Shown here one piece after another: positions 34,074 through 36,851 of a DNA stretch of 36,851 bases. Position numbers and translations under genes: made by a program. Origin of the DNA: a virus. Its lineage: Duplodnaviria > Caudoviricetes. The stretch is from the IMG/VR virus record IMGVR_UViG_3300033434_000014, positions 1-36,851 of that record. One strand, 5' to 3'. Numbering within the stretch: position 1 is the first letter of the stretch; the number at the start of each line of letters is the position of its first letter. Under the pieces are notes generated by a model. It was given only the letters and a program-made list of their open reading frames with translations. It searched no databases and was not told the origin of the DNA.

Positions 34074-34125
34074 CTAAAATATTTTACGCACGGTGTAATA
34101 TAATACACGATTTGTGGTATAATAG
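34074..34125 (+). promoter_or_regulatory. Extended -10 promoter (-10 at 34118-34123) with two 17-bp sites (34082-34098, 34103-34119); copy B of the duplicated block
   Basis: TGTGGTATAAT just upstream of the HTH gene; sites TTTTAC-N5-GTGTAA and ATACAC-N5-GTGGTA. Confidence 0.75.
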
Positions 34126-34146
34126 ATACAAAGGACGGTGATCATA

Positions 34147-34479
34147 ATGGCTGTAAGAGAACCATTAAAACCAATTTCGCGTGATTCCCTTGGATGGAGA
34201 CTAAGGAAGTTGCGTAAAGACAAAGGGTACACGTTAACCGATGTAGCTAAGTTTCTTAATATGAAAGGTCCATCACTTATATCTAATTACGAAACCAACT
34301 ACCGGGAACCAGATTTAAGAACTATAAAAATGTTTGCTAATTTCTACAACGTGTCTATGCAGTTTCTAACGACGGGTGAAGAACCTGAGATAACGCAAGA
34401 AATGCTTGATCTAGTTGAACGCATTAAGGGTTTGTCTGACAAGGATAGAAAAATGCTTACCGTTGTTTTGGGTGATTAA
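34147..34479 (+). CDS. XRE HTH repressor-like protein (GTG 34138 is an alternative start)
   Basis: LGWRLRKLRK..TLTDVAK..ISNYETNYREPD..YNVSMQFL. Confidence 0.88.
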   Translation: MAVREPLKPISRDSLGWRLRKLRKDKGYTLTDVAKFLNMKGPSLISNYETNYREPDLRTIKMFANFYNVSMQFLTTGEEPEITQEMLDLVERIKGLSDKDRKMLTVVLGD

Positions 34480-34484
34480 TATTC

Positions 34485-34679
34485 TTAAGGCTCAAAACCA
34501 GGCTGTAAAACATAACCATCTTCAACTACCTTATAAAACATTGGAGCCTGGTCACCACTAAACCTACTGTTCAATGCCTCACACATCACTTTTGCAAATT
34601 CTGCATTGCTGATATTATCGGTAACAACCCTCTCGTCAGGGTAATCACCACCGAAATTATCTGTACTGATGATTTTCAA
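34485..34679 (-). CDS. Small hypothetical protein
   Basis: AAAGGGG RBS before TTG; downstream of xis. Confidence 0.65.
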   Translation of the reverse strand: MKIISTDNFGGDYPDERVVTDNISNAEFAKVMCEALNSRFSGDQAPMFYKVVEDGYVLQPGFEP

Positions 34680-34706
34680 CTTTTACCCCTTTCTTGTGGC
34701 ACCAGA

Positions 34707-34880
34707 TTAGTCACATTTAGCCAGCCCTACCACCCATTTTTCGAACAGCTCTCGGGGTATTAGTATTTTGTTACCAACTTTAAAGTAAGGAAACTTTGGA
34801 TTGTTTTTGATTTGGTGGTATATCTCATTAATACCAATCCTAGACAATTTTGACGCCTCTTTCACCGTTATTGTTAACAC
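34707..34880 (-). CDS. xis: Excisionase (HTH_17 type), not in the ORF track
   Basis: GGAGGTG RBS, GTG start; MLTITVKEASKLSRIG..FPYFKVGNKILIPRELFEKW. Confidence 0.8.
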   Translation of the reverse strand: MLTITVKEASKLSRIGINEIYHQIKNNPKFPYFKVGNKILIPRELFEKWVVGLAKCD

Positions 34881-34921
34881 CGTTTCATCACCTCCCGTTT
34901 CGAATTACTTGGTATGCTTGT

Positions 34922-34950
34922 ATTATATTTCAGTTTACCGAAACTGTCAA
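34922..34950 (-). promoter_or_regulatory. Consensus sigma-A promoter TTGACA-17-TATAAT for xis, with palindrome CAGTTT-N4-AAACTG (34931-34946)
   Basis: -35 at 34945-34950 and -10 at 34922-34927 on the minus strand. Confidence 0.85.
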
Positions 34951-34994
34951 TAGGTTATTTTCGATATATATAAATATTTTTAGAAGGTGTTTTT

Positions 34995-35345
34995 ATGTTC
35001 TACAAACAGGTAACAATCCTATGCAATCAACGTGGTATATCGCTGTCAAAACTGATAGCTGAAATAGGGCTAAGCACATCAAACGCCACGTACTGGAAGA
35101 AGGGATCAACACCTAAAGCTGATACAGTACAAAGGATAGCAGACTATTTTAATGTATCTACTGACTATTTGCTAGTAGGAAATAAGAACAACGCTAACCA
35201 ATCTACATTTTCAGAGGAAGATATTGCCTTACTATGGCAAATAAAGAACCTCTCTCCCATAAGTAGGAAAGAGGTTGAGTCTCACATACAGTTTAAGCAG
35301 TTTGAGGAATCAAAAAAGAATACATCAGCAACGATAGCCACCTAA
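34995..35345 (+). CDS. CI-like XRE repressor
   Basis: RGISLSKL..IGLS..WKKG.TP..IADYFNVSTDYLL; directly upstream of the integrase. Confidence 0.88.
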   Translation: MFYKQVTILCNQRGISLSKLIAEIGLSTSNATYWKKGSTPKADTVQRIADYFNVSTDYLLVGNKNNANQSTFSEEDIALLWQIKNLSPISRKEVESHIQFKQFEESKKNTSATIAT

Positions 35346-35429
35346 AAATTTTTAACGAAGGCTGTAAAAAAGTATATCAATTTACATAAAAAGGAACGAA
35401 GCTGACCGCGCCTTTATATAGGAGGACTT

Positions 35430-36599
35430 ATGCCTAAGAAAAAATCACAACGCGCTGACGGTAGATTCGTAGTAACCAAAGTGATTGCAGGCAAGAAAAA
35501 ATACTTCTACAGCCTTATATCGAAAAAGGATGCTGAAAAGCAACTTAACGAGTATAAAGAATCCTTAGAACATAAACCTAAAAATTACAGGAATATTACT
35601 TTATCGGAATGGCTCGACGAATGGCTCACTACTATAAAACAGGATAGTATATCAGATAAGGCGTTTCAGAGCTATGAAAGTAACTGCCGCGTACATATTA
35701 AACCCGCGCTAGGTGACTATAAGCTTACAGAGCTGGAAACGCCCGCAATCCGTAAATTCTTAGCAGACTGTAAGAATAAAGTAGTATGCAGGAAAAAGAA
35801 ACCCACTGAAGACGATCTGCGAATAGCGAAGAAGATTAGTCCCAGGACGTTGCAGTATATCTACGTAACGCTTAATGCCGCACTTGAGCAAGCAAGAAGG
35901 GACAAGATTGTTTTAGAAAACCCCTGTGATGCTATTGACAGACCTACAGTTAAGCCTACAACTATTACCCCTTATACTGATAAAGAGAAGACTAAACTGC
36001 TGTCTACAGCTTTTAAGTCTGATCCAGTACTGTATATTCTGATAGCACTCGCATTAGACACAGGTGCAAGGTTAAGCGAATTCTTAAACCTGAAATGGCC
36101 GAAGGTTGACTTACAGGTAGGTAGAATTATAATCGATCAAGCTACGGAACAATCTAAGGATGAAGGCCCCAAGGAAGCAGCGACTAAAAACCGCACATCA
36201 GTCAGGGCTATAAAGCTAACAGAAGAGTGTCTAAAAATTTTAACTGAGTATAAAGATATTCAAGCATCACAAATCAAAGAAATCGGAACAAGGTATATCG
36301 ACAACGGTTATGTATTTGCCAAGCCTAATGGTAAACTAATCCCGAACTACGAGATAAGTAAACGATTTAAGAAGATAGCGCTTGCAGCAGGGTTAAGACC
36401 GGACGCCCACTTCCACGAAACCCGGCACACGCTGGCCACCGAGCTAATCGAGATGGGAATTAATCAGTTTAAGGTACAAGCACTATTGGGACACGCTACC
36501 CTTGATATGACTAAGAGATATACGCATTTAACAATTGATAGCCAGGATGAAATAATAAATAAGCTGAACAAAAAACGAAGTAAACGTAAAAAGGTCTGA
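35430..36599 (+). CDS. int: Tyrosine recombinase (phage integrase)
   Basis: N-terminal arm-binding RADGRF; catalytic GARLSE, HETRH, LLGH, RYTH. Confidence 0.96.
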   Translation: MPKKKSQRADGRFVVTKVIAGKKKYFYSLISKKDAEKQLNEYKESLEHKPKNYRNITLSEWLDEWLTTIKQDSISDKAFQSYESNCRVHIKPALGDYKLTELETPAIRKFLADCKNKVVCRKKKPTEDDLRIAKKISPRTLQYIYVTLNAALEQARRDKIVLENPCDAIDRPTVKPTTITPYTDKEKTKLLSTAFKSDPVLYILIALALDTGARLSEFLNLKWPKVDLQVGRIIIDQATEQSKDEGPKEAATKNRTSVRAIKLTEECLKILTEYKDIQASQIKEIGTRYIDNGYVFAKPNGKLIPNYEISKRFKKIALAAGLRPDAHFHETRHTLATELIEMGINQFKVQALLGHATLDMTKRYTHLTIDSQDEIINKLNKKRSKRKKV

Positions 36600-36664
36600 C
36601 AACTTTTTGACAACTCGGTTTGAAAATTGTATGGAACTTAATAACATCGTGTAATTGCGTGTAA
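36597..36664. repeat. Probable att arm-type and accessory-factor direct repeats
   Basis: TGACAACT at 36597 and 36608 (11-bp period); CGTGTAA at 36648 and 36658 (10-bp period). Confidence 0.55.
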
Positions 36665-36688
36665 CTTGTAAACGTTTATAGAAAGACT

Positions 36689-36729
36689 AAGGGATACGAG
36701 GCTTCGCAGCCTGTATCCCTTTTATTTTC
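36689..36729 (+). terminator. Intrinsic terminator between convergent int and tRNA (possibly bidirectional)
   Basis: AAGGGATAC-G-AGGCT-TCGC-AGCCT-GTATCCCTT followed by a T-rich tract. Confidence 0.8.
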
Positions 36730-36805
<76 letters not shown>

Positions 36806-36851
36806 ATATGAGGTTGTAAGCAATGTATAGGATGTTCTTCGCTATCGCTCA

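Noticed and set aside
1599-34119. Reading the palindrome as canonical parS, CRISPR repeats or a strand-polar Chi-like octamer (TTACACGA)
   Set aside because: parS has no spacer and no ParB is in the window; spacing is kilobases, not CRISPR-like; the octamer excess is largely explained as one half of the palindrome.

Overview
This window is the right-hand arm of a temperate phage integrated at the 3' end of a tRNA-Lys(CUU) gene (36730-36805, minus strand). The host is most likely an endospore-forming Bacillota member, inferred from SigF/SigH-like sigma factors, an AbrB-like protein and strong Shine-Dalgarno sequences. Right to left it holds an att-side region, a tyrosine integrase, and a layered control region with an excisionase, five XRE-type HTH genes and three divergent switches. 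A roughly 33 kb minus-strand early/middle region follows: SigF-like sigma, split SbcC/Rad50-like ATPase, SbcD-like nuclease, HD hydrolase, dCMP deaminase, acyl carrier protein, RecU-like resolvase, intein-containing SF2 helicase, three DNA methyltransferases (the C5 one frameshifted), ThyX, AEP primase-MCM-like helicase fusion, SigH-like sigma, family A DNA polymerase, MazG-like and 3D-domain proteins. No structural or lysis genes are in the window. The strongest unexplained signal is a 17-bp palindrome, TTHCAC-N5-GTGDAA, recurring every ~1-4 kb across the arm, mostly inside genes, and in tandem over two duplicated promoters of the control region. Other highlights are a ~140-nt tRNA-like RNA without a normal anticodon arm, a gene nested inside the 3D-domain gene, probable AUU/CUG start codons, and a hairpin-bracketed putative anti-defence cassette. 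All motif counts were made by eye and family calls are from motif recognition, not database searches.
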